This document shows, in pieces, positions 24,828-44,459 of a stretch of 64,000 nucleotides of DNA. A program made the translations under genes and the position numbers. Position 1 is the stretch's first letter. The number at the start of each line of letters is the position of its first letter. Location: positions 161,363 through 225,362 of the forward strand of contig NW_005434619.1 of NCBI RefSeq assembly GCF_000315625.1, written 5' to 3'. Under the pieces are notes generated by a model. That model saw nothing but the letters and a program-made list of their open reading frames with translations, searched no databases and had not been told where the DNA came from. This DNA is from Guillardia theta CCMP2712. Lineage: Eukaryota; Protista; Cryptophyta.

Positions 24828-27800
24828 ATGGAAGAAGGTAGGTGGAGCGAGGAGAGAAGCAGCAGATCTTGAGCATGCACACTGAACGAATTTCACAGAG
24901 GTCAGAGAAAGGTTGAACAGCCTCCTGGCATGCGTGGGAAAGAACGAGATTGTACAGGTGACGAATCAGCGAAGGTTCAAGGGGAGCAAGTGCAAGCTGA
25001 CTGCCGCTCCCCAGGGCCTTGAACTTGCGAAGCAACTGCAGAAGGACCCCGGCAACATTCCTCTGCGATTGTGGAACGCCAAGGAAAGCTCCCTGTTCCC
25101 TTTGACGGTCATGTGCTCACTATGACCAGCAGACCATAGCAAGTCTGGTCGAGTTCGTGGCTGAGCACATAAGGACGGAGATTTGGGATGGGGATCGCCT
25201 GTACCGCCATTTGCCTACCTTTTATCTCGCCATGAACTTTCCTTGCAGATCACTCGTTCTCATCCTCCTCCGCTTCCTGGGCTCTTGGCTGGAATCCCTC
25301 AAGTGATTTGTTTCACTTTCTATTCCGTGATGGGCAATGAAGTCTCTTGCGCAGCCTCTATCTCCGACAGCACCCTGCTGCTAATCTCACCAAGCAAGTC
25401 AGCGGTCAGATATCGAGTGAGTTGCTGCACTCGTATCAGTGCCGGCAGTGACAAGTGAGAGGAGGGTTGGTCGAGGCCATCAAGATCGTCCCAAGTCAGA
25501 TGTTGTCATGGAAGAGCGAGAGGACATCGCAAGATGTGTTCGCAGCTTCTCTCTACGTCCTCGGCAGCGCCTTCTACGTTGCCGGTTCTTCTAGAAAAGA
25601 GGTCTTCCTGCCTGGTGACCTTCGTCTGTTCCTGCACAGAAGGCTCGGAGTGCGCGGAATGCTTGGAGGCGTATATGGATGCAATGGAAACAGCAGGAAG
25701 TGATGGCGGTGGACAAACTTTCTCTTCACCCTTTCGTGCATGTTGATCTTCCTTGTGGTCAGGATCCCCATCGCGGGAGGGAGTGAGCGCGTTCTTTAAA
25801 GGTACGAGGTGGGAGAGTTTGTGGGCAGCGGTGTTCACATCGGGTGAAGGGTGTGGCACTATCATCGCCTCCTTGAAAGAGCCTCGACGTTTTGCATCGT
25901 CGATGCTGAGAAAGTTTACGATGCTGTCAAGAAACAAGATCGATCAATGCAAGCAGATGCAGGCTGAACAGCTGACAAGTCCAATCAAGGATGAACAAGT
26001 CGATGAGCGGAACTTATACTCGCTGGCTGACTGGAGGCTTCTGGCGTCTACGTTTGAGAACATGGTGAGCAGAGTGGAAAGGTTCAGAGTGCGGGAGATC
26101 TCAAGAATGAGGGAAAGAATTTTTAATGCATGCTTGCAGTTACAAGTCGGTCCTCTGCCAAAAAGAAACGAGAAGATTCAGATGAAAGAAAAAATGCAGT
26201 GGTAGGTATCTTTTCCTGTCCTCCTCTCCCCGTTTCCCTCCTCCTTTTCCTCCTTGGACTCTTCCTCTACATCGTCATCTTCTCAATTTTCCTGTTTCTC
26301 CTGTCCTCTCTTCGTTTTCCCCTCTCTCGCACATCTTACATCTAAAGCATACACCATCTTGCAGGTATTCACTGCTAACTGACAACCTGACGGATTTCTC
26401 GTCACCCGGCACATCTCCTGACTCACTCACCCTCGTGACCCATTCTTGGTTGCAAGCTGCTGCCTTGAGATGGTGATAGCGCTGTTTCCTCCTCTCTGCC
26501 CGTCCCTGGTGCCCCTTTCCTTCCTCCCGTTCCCTCCCGTTGCTGCACACTGCATCGAGTTATAAGTCCTCTCCTCCTCTCCATCGTCTTTCTTCTCCTC
26601 GACTTGCTTTTTCATGCTGCTTTTCCTTCGCTCGGATGTTTCTGAGAGTACAAGACAGCTTCTGGCGAACCCCGATGCTGTTTCAGAAGGTGAAGATGAA
26701 AAAGATGGCAGTGATGATGATGAACAGCCTGAGATTGTGAGTTTGCGATACTGGGCAATTTCATCTGTTGCTGAAACCGTGAAAGGTCGCTCACTGAGAT
26801 GGATGAATTTGCAAAGAGGAAGATGGGAGGAGGAAAGGATGACATCTGTGAATGGATCCTCCTACCTCCCGCATTCCATCACGCCATGAGCTCGCTGGGC
26901 AATGCGCAAGCGTTTGAGAGGGGAGCTAGTCTCTTCCTCGCAGCTGAAGGAGCAGTGAGAAAGAAAGAAACGACGGAAGGAGAGCAGGCAGGTGAAGATG
27001 TAGAGGGCAAATCACAGCGAGACATCGAGACGCTTGCAAGGTCTGTCGTCGGCTACATGATGGAAGTGGTGCCTGCCTTGTTGTACCTGATCTGCTTCTG
27101 GAACATGATGCTGCTGTTGCCAGTCGCTGGGGAAAGTGTTCTTCTCTGACCTATCCGACGCCCCGATCAACAACTCGTCGATGAATCGGCTGAAGATACA
27201 CCTCCGCTCGGATCTCTTCAAGTTTGTGGAGGAGGGAAGGAGAACGGAGGGAGGCAGGAGGGGAGGAAAGGAGGGTGGGGAGAAGGAGTGTGGGAGGAAG
27301 GGAGTAAGGGAGGGAGGAGCGTCAATTTGTTTCAATTGACTGTCCTGGCAGCTCCTGCCCCACCTGTTGTCATCTTGCCAAGTCCCTTATGAGCCTGAAA
27401 GGTACAAGCTGCTCGCATGTCATCCTGTGACTGTTGGTCCCTTTTAGTCATCGGCCCTTCCTTTGCCACCCTGAGTCTCAGCCTGCTCGGCGATTTCCTC
27501 GAGTGGATGGTAGTCTTGATAGCACGCGAGTTCTCCTGCAGCCGCTGACGGCAGCGGAGGGCAGGAGACGGAACATGCGGCCACTTCCAAGAGGATGGAA
27601 CATGCTGATAGAGTCGGACAGTGCGGCTGGATGACGACGTGGGTGAGACCGTTGGAGAGCAGCGAGACTGAGCGGCAGGCAGGGAGGGGAAGCAGCTCAT
27701 GGTCATGGCGTGTATCTCCATCTCCTTCCTCTTCAGCTCCGTGATCCCCCTCCCTGCGATGGCGGCGGGGACATGTAACTGACTGCAGATGATGTCGACA

Positions 27801-29401
27801 AACATTCATGTCGATCCCTCAACGCTGTGCGACGCGATGGAGCGGCTGCACCTGTATGTTCTACTTGGAACTCTTCCTCTCTCACTGCAGGCAGGTATGA
27901 CGTGCTCCCGCTGAACTCGTCCAAGAACCTGGCGAAGTTTGCTGTCTCAAAGATGTTTCTCGGTGCAAGAAAGGAGGGAGCAGGCGGAATAGGAAACAAG
28001 ACCTCTCAGTCCTTGACGCTGCTCAGGGAAAGATTGGCAAAGAAATCAGAGGCCTTTCCTCCTCTTCAACATCACGGGCTGATCGCCTCCTGGAAAGAGG
28101 AATGCATCATCATCACCAATCATAGAGCAAGCTTCGTTGACGAGGAGGATGATGGATCGCCTCTGCCAGCATGGGAGGATCGCACCCCCGCCCATGGTCC
28201 CCTGCTGCAAGGAGAGCAAGGCGGGGGAGAAACAGAGCAACAAGGGACTGCATGGAGGTGAAGAGGCTCAAGTTTTATTTCCTTCTGTTCAACGAGGCTT
28301 CCCTGGGCCAACTTTGCAACGAGGACGAGGAGTTTGCCGAGCAGTTGTCTTCTGTGCAGACCCAGGTCTTCCTCCTCCTCATCAAGATGATGAACAGCAT
28401 TGCGACTCCGGGCAGCGGCGAGGAGACGCCGAGGCTGTCAGTCAGCACACCTACCATGGACCAGGTCAGCGATGCTTGCCGTCTGCTGTTTGTCTTGACC
28501 ACTGAGTTGCTTCCTAGTTCAACGATTTGTTCCTCAAGCTCTTTCGCAAGGACTCGAGACTTTCTCCCACACTGTTGAGAATCTTTCCAACGTGCGTCGA
28601 CTTCCGCACGCCAGGCTGCTCCTGACTACATAGTTGCTCCTTCTCCTCCTCCTCCTGATTCTCATGCTGCTGCTTCCTGCGCCTTGCTCCTCCTCTACTA
28701 CCGCTTTCTCCCCCTCCCTTTCCCCTTCCCCTTCCTCTCCTCTTCCCCTTCCGCTGTCCCTTCCTCTTCCTCTTCCTCTTCCTCTTCCTCTTCCTCTGGC
28801 TCTGGCTCTGCCCCTGCCTCTGCCTCTCTCATCTCTCCTCCTCCTCCTCCTCCTTCCCGATTTGTATCTTGACCTTCCCCAACTTTCTCATTATTCTTGC
28901 CCTGAATTTCTCGCAAGCTATTGGGAGATCGCTCTCAATTGTCACCCAAAGATCATCAACTTGCGGATACTGGTACAACTCAGTATCGACCATACGACTA
29001 CATTCACAAGCTCCCATCGCAGGCAAAGTTGTTGTCAGCGTTGATTGAAAAGGCCGAGGCGGAAGAGGAGGAGGCTGTCCTTGTATCAGCAACATACGCT
29101 CGATGAAGTCACCTAACTTGTGTGTTGAACAGATGGCTGCTGTAGTGATCTTGGCAAAGAAGACAAGGGTGAAAGAAGATGAGGAGGGCAGTAACGTGAG
29201 AGTTACGGTCCTTGGGCAGGCGAGCAGGTCTTTCGAGCTAGCAAAGCTCGCGGCAGCACTGCTTCCGGCAAGATGTCAAGGGTGGTGAAGGAGAACAAGG
29301 ACTGACGGATAACTTGCAGCTTGTTCCGCTGGATCAGATTGTTTTATCGCAGAAGGTTGTCGAAATGATTCTCGAAAAGTATGTCTTGGCTGCTCCTGCT
29401 T

Positions 29402-29436
<35 letters not shown>

Positions 29437-29852
29437 GCTCCTGCTCCTGCCCCTGCCCCTGCCCCTGCCCCTGCTCCTGCTCCTGCTCCTGCTCCTGCTG
29501 CTCCTGCTCCTGCCCCTGCCCCTGCTCCTGCCCCTGCCCCTGCCCCTGCCCCTGCTCCTGCACCTGCTCCTGCCCCTGCTCCTGCTCCTGCTCCTCATCG
29601 TCATCATCTTCTTAACGTCTTTGTCTTGGTACTTCTTTGAAGTTGATTTCACCAGGATGAATGAAAAGGATCGACTCAAGTACGTCTCTTACATCTACAA
29701 CATCGTCTCAGGTCTTGTCGCTAGTCTTGTTGTTTCTTGGCGTCCACTGACATTCCGACAAGGTGGAGTCGACTACATCAAAAGAGAGAGGTGAACATTG
29801 GCTAGAAGATTGATGATGACGGTGGTGGTGGTGGTGGTGGTGGTGGTGGTGG

Positions 29853-29901
<49 letters not shown>

Positions 29902-29955
29902 CGATGGTGGTGGTGGTGGTGGTGGTGGTGGTGATGGTGGTGGTGGTGGTGGTGG

Positions 29956-30001
<46 letters not shown>

Positions 30002-30002
30002 C

Positions 30003-30033
<31 letters not shown>

Positions 30034-30076
30034 CTGATGATGATAATGATGATGATGATGATGATGATGATAGCAG

Positions 30077-30151
<75 letters not shown>

Positions 30152-30251
30152 NNNNNNNNNNNNNNNNNNNNNNNNNNNNNNNNNNNNNNNNNNNNNNNNN
30201 NNNNNNNNNNNNNNNNNNNNNNNNNNNNNNNNNNNNNNNNNNNNNNNNNNN

Positions 30252-30282
<31 letters not shown>

Positions 30283-30585
30283 GGAGGAGGAGGAGGAGGA
30301 GGAGGAGGAGGAGGAGGAGGAGGAGGAGGAGGAGGAGAAGGAGGAGGAGAAGGAGGTGAAAAGAGAAAGAGGTGGAGAGGGTGGTTCATGGAAAGAGACT
30401 AGCACGGACGGTTGAACGGAGGTAAAGGCAGAAAAGGAGGAAGGGAGAGAGGCTGGGAGGAAGGCAGAAAGAGAGCGAGGGAGGCTGACTTGTGTTGTAG
30501 TCTGTTGGACTGGTTCCTTTCTCTCCGCTGGAGGATTGTAGAAGCAAAGGAAGCCAAGGCGAGGACGATGCGATCGAAACTATGA
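24828..30585 (+). CDS. Large multi-exon hypothetical protein, predicted mostly alpha-helical
   Basis: Chain of phase-compatible Leu-rich exons (TIASLVEFVAEHIR, SLVLILLRFLGSWLESL, FYFLLFNEASLGQL, MNEKDRLKYVSYIYNIVS). Last exon SLLDWFLSLRWRIVEAKEAKARTMRSKL* lies beyond an N-gap. No family recognised. Confidence 0.7.
29391..29594. repeat. Intronic (CCTGCT/CCTGCC)n hexamer repeat
   Basis: Directly visible. Confidence 0.95.
29811..30336. repeat. Compound (GGT)n/(GAT)n/(GAG)n microsatellite spanning N-gap 30152-30250
   Basis: Directly visible. Confidence 0.95.
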
Positions 30586-30808
30586 GAAGATGTCAGCTAT
30601 GTCCTGCTGCCTGCTCTCTGCTCCCTTCTCATCGTAGTTCAGTCTGGTCTCTGTTATGCTGCCCTCTTGCCACTCCTACCACCTCCTCCATCTATCTCAG
30701 CTCCGTTCCTCTCTCTCGCCCTCTCTGCCTCCCTCCCTCCCTCCCTCCCTCTCCTCGTTTCCACGTGTTGCATCGGGTGTAAGATAGTATCAACAGTTTT
30801 ATTCTTGT

Positions 30809-38900
<8,092 letters not shown>

Positions 38901-39534
38901 ATGCTGCATCAAACTCCGTTAAGCATGAATCGTAAAGAACTTGCAGACTTGGCTCCTGGGAGATACAAAATGCTTGTTCAACGCATGATTCGTCTTGAAA
39001 CGAGCTCCAGCTTCTATGGACATGCTGGCCATGCCACGGGACTCGCTTTGACCATGGTCCACCCTTTTCTCCTACTCCATTCCCTCCCCTCCTTACGTCC
39101 CCTTCCACTTTCTTCCTGCAACATCGACTTTGCCGTCCGACACGCCACTCTCTATGCATCAATGCTCGCTGAGGAGTATCATTTCGTCCTGAACCATGGT
39201 GCTCCCACCTCCTCATCCTCGTTATCGTCCCCGGACAGTCTTTACCACGTCTCCACACTTTCTTTACTGCTCGAACTACATAGACTCTCCTAGCTTGCGT
39301 CTAATCGCTTGCATTCCTCTCTTCAGCATCACCTCCTCCAGTCCCCCTATACTGCCTCGCTCCGCATGTCCCTAGCTGCTTGTCCTCTCCCCCTCCTCCT
39401 CTCCTCCTCCTCCTCTCCCCCTCCTCCTCCCCTCTAGACCTCGCCATCCCGTCGGACAGTTTCCCCGACATCCCCTACTTTGTCCTCATCCCCCCACATA
39501 CCACTCATGATCTTTTCTTTCTGCTTTTCTTTGC

Positions 39535-39785
39535 CGCTCACTGAGTCAGTGCACTGCCAGGCTCGCCTCAGTGCCGGCGGCGGGCCGGGCCGGGGGCCGC
39601 TGACAGTCCCGAGTCCTTGCGGGTCGGGCCGGGCCAGTGACCGTCAGTGGGTAACTGAGCCAAGTCTCGGATGCACAGCCCAGATGAGGCAGGATGGCGG
39701 GGGCCCGGGAGGCTGCCGGACCAACGTGACGGACTCCCCGGCCCCGGCCGCGGGTCAGATTGCTAGCTCAAGCTCAAGTTAAGGT
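39535..39785. promoter_or_regulatory. GC island between divergent genes
   Basis: CCGG-rich; TGAGTCA at 39542. Confidence 0.55.
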
Positions 39786-39794
39786 TACTACTTT

Positions 39795-40817
39795 ATGACT
39801 TCCATCCGAACAGTTGAAACAGGAACGATTCTGCAAAACCTTTTCACGCTCAACACTTCAAGTTCGGGTTATATGCCCTGCCAAGACCTGCCTGCAGCGT
39901 GCCAGTCAGTCACGGTTGGCGTTTTACACACTCGATCAATCTCTTTCATAGTCTGAGTGATCCATCAAGTCCTCCACAGCATCTCAACAAATCCACATGC
40001 GGCATATCATTACCTGTCCCGTGAAGCACCAGATCTTGCTCGGGTCCGTCAGGAGCTTACGATACCTTCGATTGAGTCAGAGCATGAAAGAGCTCAGGTC
40101 GCATGCTCACTGGGCTTCTGTTGGCATCGAAGACAGCAGATCTCGATTCCATGAAGCATAACTGCGGTGAATTAGCTTTAATGCCCGAATGCATGAGAGC
40201 GAAAGGCAACGAAGAAGGTGAGTTGTGGAAAGCTTTGCATGAGAGGAAGATGTGAGAATAAGTGGAGCTGAAAAACATGAAGATGTTCATGAGGTTCTCA
40301 ATGAAAAGAAACTCACGGTTCGACATCTGCACAATCGCCAGTACCACATGACGAATCTACAACGGAAGTTAGAGTTGTGTCACCTGCAATGAAAGCATCG
40401 TGAGTCGATACCGTCATTGGGGTTGTACTCATGTGCAGCACCCATGAACCAAAGTTGCTCTCCGAACATCTGTCGCAGAGGTCATCCTAGCAGGATGAAC
40501 ACTCTTGTTTACCTTGCTACAATGCCTTGCTGTGACTTCCTCGCCTCAGCTCCCTCGCCCACTTGCGGTCGCCAGCAGTGATGGACTGGAGCAGCGAAGT
40601 TCAGACGCGCACACGAGACCATGGCAAGAGCTTACATGCCCGTGCTGAACAACGCTGGTGGAGATACCCAACCTATGATGCATCCAAGCATTCATACATC
40701 GCTCTTCTATCAAGCAGCACAAACGATTTACCTCTCCTTTGCTTGATGGGCAAGGTCCCGCAGGCGATCTTGCTCGGCCTTCCAAGTGAGCTTGACGAGC
40801 ATAAAGCAGCCTGCTGA
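39795..40817 (+). CDS. Possible hypothetical multi-exon protein
   Basis: Coding-like segments (IHQVLHSISTNPHAAYHYLSREAPDLARVRQEL; RWWRYPTYDASKHSYIALL...EHKAAC*) separated by short intron-like spacers just downstream of a GC island. Confidence 0.35.
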
Positions 40818-41119
40818 GTCTTCAGCACACGGCGACTCTCGAAGAGATTATTAGCTTTCAAGGTTAGTTGTTTGCTCCAGTTGCAGAGGCTGGGTAAGAG
40901 ATTCATTATGTCAAATCCCTCTTTTTCATGCCTTGTTCTACCCTCTTTCCATGTGATGTTCTCCCCTCTGTCTACAACATGTTCTCAGCCATCACATCAG
41001 ACACCATCTCAGGAGTCCTCACAAATTTCTCTCTGCATTCCTCTCACACCCTCTTCCATTCTGCCGGTGTATCGTTACAGTTTGCCTGTGCATGGATGGC
41101 CTTTCGCGCACTGAAAACT

Positions 41120-41400
41120 CACGGTCAGGCTCGGGCCGCCTCCGGGCCCGGCTGCCGATCAGTCCGCCGGGCTCGTGACTTCCGAATCATCGGACTGCGT
41201 ACTGATTTTTAACTTAACTTTGAGTAAAGGAGGGTACGGCAGTGGCGCGGCCGCTCCTGATTGTCCTCGTACTGATTTTTAACTTAACTTTGAGTACAGG
41301 ACGCGTGCTGCGACGGCCCGGCCGGGGCCCGGGGCCCGGGGCCAGCCTGTGCCGCGAGAGTCAGCACTCACATTGCCGGTGCCACTCGGAGCGGAGATCC
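41120..41400. promoter_or_regulatory. GC island upstream of the pseudouridine synthase
   Basis: Two identical copies of CGTACTGATTTTTAACTTAACTTTGAGTA at 41198 and 41268. Confidence 0.6.
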
Positions 41401-41507
41401 ATGCCACCATCAAACTGCCTCGCAGCAGACACTATCATTCCATTCTGAGGGGGGCTGGACTTTACGTATTAGATTGGTGATAAGTAAAACCAGCCGTAGT
41501 TGTCGCA

Positions 41508-43505
41508 ATGGCGTGCGCAAGGGGAGCCCTATGGGTGCTACTGGTGGGCGGGGCGGAGAGACTGGCGGCTATGGCTGTGGTGGCAACTTCTCCTTCATGC
41601 AGAGATAGAATCCTGCATCCTTCCTCCTCCTCTCGTCAACTGCTTGCCGCAAGCCGAAACGCAGCAATGCAGCAACAGGTTTCGTTCCGAACTGACCTGA
41701 TCCCTTCATCCGCCTGCTTCTCCAGCAGCTATGAAGCTTCATGCACCTCTGATTCAAGGACTTGGTCGATAGAGGCAAGCTCGTTCCTTCCTCTCCTGCA
41801 GCCCTTCTTTGTGGCACCTCTTCGAATGCGTTGTCGACCCTCCGAGCCCCCCCCTTGCCAACGTCTAGTACGCCAGTTTCGAGGCAGAGCATCGTCTTGC
41901 TGGTCGCCTCGCGCTCTCCTCCACCACCCGTGCGAGACATGTACAAGGTAAGCATGCGAGGCGAGTAACTTGGCGAACAGTGATCTAGCTGTACCACATT
42001 CTCCTCCTCTTGAATTGCGTCCCTTCGATTTACTCCGGTGTGCAGGCAACCATCCTGGATGCCCCAAAACTCAGGTCTGTTCGGGAGGGGTTATAGCACC
42101 CGAACACTATCGCAATGCCGACATGGGCAGCTCTCTCCGCGAACTATGACTCAGCATGCACCTCAGAACGGCGTCAGCGCGTCTGAGAGCGTGGCTGGTG
42201 GCTTCCAAGACTTTGCGAGCGCAGCCTCCGAGGCCTTCAAGCTAAACGGGACAGATGGGCTGCAGAGTTTTTTGCAAGACGGCAGTCACGGTCTTGCTCC
42301 TCCTGAAACCAGCACGGAATGGATCGGCCTGTCTCAGATCGTCGGGAAGGAATCGGTCGGGAAAGAAGCCTCGGCTCTCAACTGTATTCTTGCAGCAGTG
42401 AGCGAAAGGGATCATGACTTGGCCATGAGGATCTTAGACGAGATGACACTCAGACCTGATCTCATCTCGTTCTCTGTGTGCATAGAAGCATGCTTCAGGA
42501 AGGGAGAGCTCGGCGCTATGAAAATGCTGCTGCTGCAGGCTCAGGAGATTGCGGCAGCGAGCAGGAAGGCGTCTGGGGTGACTCGTCAGATGAAGAAACG
42601 ACAGAAGTCACTCTCCTTTGGTAAAGGGACAGCAGGTCAAGTCCATCCCTTGAAGGAGGTCTTCCCAGACATGGAGATCCTCTTTGAGAGCGACGACGTT
42701 CTGGTAGTGTCGAAGCCGTCGGGGGTCCAAATGCACCCAGTCAAGTCTACCCCGAACAAAGGCCGGGCCAGTCTCACCCTTGCCGATGCTCTGATCAAAG
42801 TGTACGGAGAGGAGGGTCTCAGTCAGATCTCTGAGTTTCCAGGAATCGTTCACAGGCTGGACAAGGGCACCAGCGGAATCCTCTTCATCGCAAAGTCTGA
42901 CGTGGCACATGCTGTCCTGGCGTCTCTGTTCTTCAAGCGGAAAGTCCAGAAGTGTTATCAGGCGCTTGTTCCGTCTTGTCCCACCGACGAAACAGGAGGA
43001 GAAGTCCTTTGTGGTTCGATCGATGCCAAGGTAGATGGGCTCCCTGCCCAGAGCTCATGGCGAGTCCTCGAAAAGTTTCCCGGCAGCGGAAAGAGAACGA
43101 AAGCCTCTTTAATCGAGGTCACTCCTATGCAGGGAAGGAAACATCAGGTGCGAGCGCATCTGTCCGTCCTTGGTTGTCCTCTGCTGCTGGACCCCATCTA
43201 CAAGGCTTCTTCAAAGAGCAAAGGGGGGGATGACAGTGCGAGTGAGATCCAAAAATACATCGCTGAAATCGCGAAACAGTGGGATGACGACAGGTTCTTC
43301 TTGCACAGCTCGACCTACAGGGTTCCGGCAATGATCCGGAAACCCTTTGATAGGCCCGATGACGCAGGGCTGAACGAGGAATCCTACCTGTTTGAGGCAC
43401 AGAGTAAGCTGTGACTGTGACCGCTGCGCCCTGCGATAGCTGACAAGCTTTCCAACAGGACCAGCATGGTTTGAGAAAGTCTTGAGCACTCTCAGGAATC
43501 ATTAG
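41508..43505 (+). CDS. RluA/RluD-family RNA pseudouridine synthase with N-terminal PPR-like repeats
   Basis: VVSKPSGVQMHP, catalytic HRLDKGTSG, KCYQALV, GRKHQVRAHL, LLLDPIY and FFLHS; final small exon RPAWFEKVLSTLRNH*. PPR-like segment ALNCILAAV...AMRILDEMTLRPDLISFSVCIEACFRKG. Confidence 0.93.
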
Positions 43506-43757
43506 ACTTTACTGTATAGGTGAAAGACGAAGGCGGGCGAGCGGGGGGGGGGGGGGGGAGGCGGAAAGAAATGAGGTTTACATAGATGGACCATCACATA
43601 AATGGCGAGAAACGATTGATCCACACTGCTCAACATCGTCAGCCTATAGTGGTACACTGCATCGATGATGCCAACAGAAGCCTCAACCACTGCTATTCCT
43701 AATCGTACTCCCTCTACGTTCAGTTTTTACTCTCCTCCACAAAAGCATTCCATTCTC

Positions 43758-44459
43758 TCAGATCCGATTCACCTGTCCGACCTCCTCGCCCTCGCCTTGT
43801 TCCCTGTCCCCTTCTCTCTCCTTCTTTCTCGCCTCCTGCTTCTTGCTCCTTCCAGGCCTAGCCTCTTTTCCTCCTTCTTCCTCCCCTCCATCTCCCCCCT
43901 CCCCCTTCCCTCCCCCCTGCCCCCCTTCCCCCTTGTCCGTGCAGCTCAGCCCCGCAATCACACAGCGCCAGCACGGTCGCGTCTCCTCGCACCACAGCCC
44001 GCTCTCCCGGCAGTGATCGCACGGCTTCCCGCTCGTCTCCTCCCTGCTTGGCCTCCTTCTCTTCCTCGCGCTCGCGTCCTCCTCCACGCACTCCTGCATG
44101 TCCTCCATGCACCGCCCGCAAGGCCGCCCGTCGTCGCACCTCAGCTTCCTTCTCCTGCACCCCTCGCACGCCTTGGCCGCCCTCCGCTTCCCTTGGGACG
44201 GCGCTGGCACGTCCTCGCCCCCGGGCTCCAGGAAGCTCTCCACGTCCGACGACGACATCTGCAGGTACGGCAGCTCGTCGTCCACCGACGGCAGCCCTGA
44301 CGGGCACTCTTGGCTCATCGCCTCTGCCAAAGACTTGCGCCCGACCTCAAGACGGCTGGCGCCCAGATCGTGTCTGTAGTATCCCCTGCTCGTACACACC
44401 CTAGTCACCCCCACCCGTGTTTCCAAGAAGCCTTGGTACTGATCTCTCCGGGCCTCCAT
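43758..44459 (-). CDS. Zn(II)2Cys6 binuclear-cluster transcription factor with two clusters (copy 1)
   Basis: KACEGCRRRKLRCDDGRPCGRCMEDMQEC and KPCDHCRESGLWCEETRPCWRCVIAGLSC match Cx2Cx6Cx5Cx2Cx6C; basic NLS-like RKRRRP between them. Confidence 0.85.
   Translation of the reverse strand: MEARRDQYQGFLETRVGVTRVCTSRGYYRHDLGASRLEVGRKSLAEAMSQECPSGLPSVDDELPYLQMSSSDVESFLEPGGEDVPAPSQGKRRAAKACEGCRRRKLRCDDGRPCGRCMEDMQECVEEDASARKRRRPSREETSGKPCDHCRESGLWCEETRPCWRCVIAGLSCTDKGEGGQGGGKGEGGDGGEEEGGKEARPGRSKKQEARKKEREGDREQGEGEEVGQVNRI

Noticed and set aside
41198-41296. 29-bp direct repeats with a 41-bp spacer resembling a CRISPR unit
   Set aside because: Only two adjacent copies, eukaryotic context and no cas genes; treated as a regulatory or repeat element.
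43665-44404. Antisense Pro/Arg-rich ORFs over the Zn2Cys6 copies
   Set aside because: Shadow frames of a GC-rich coding strand.
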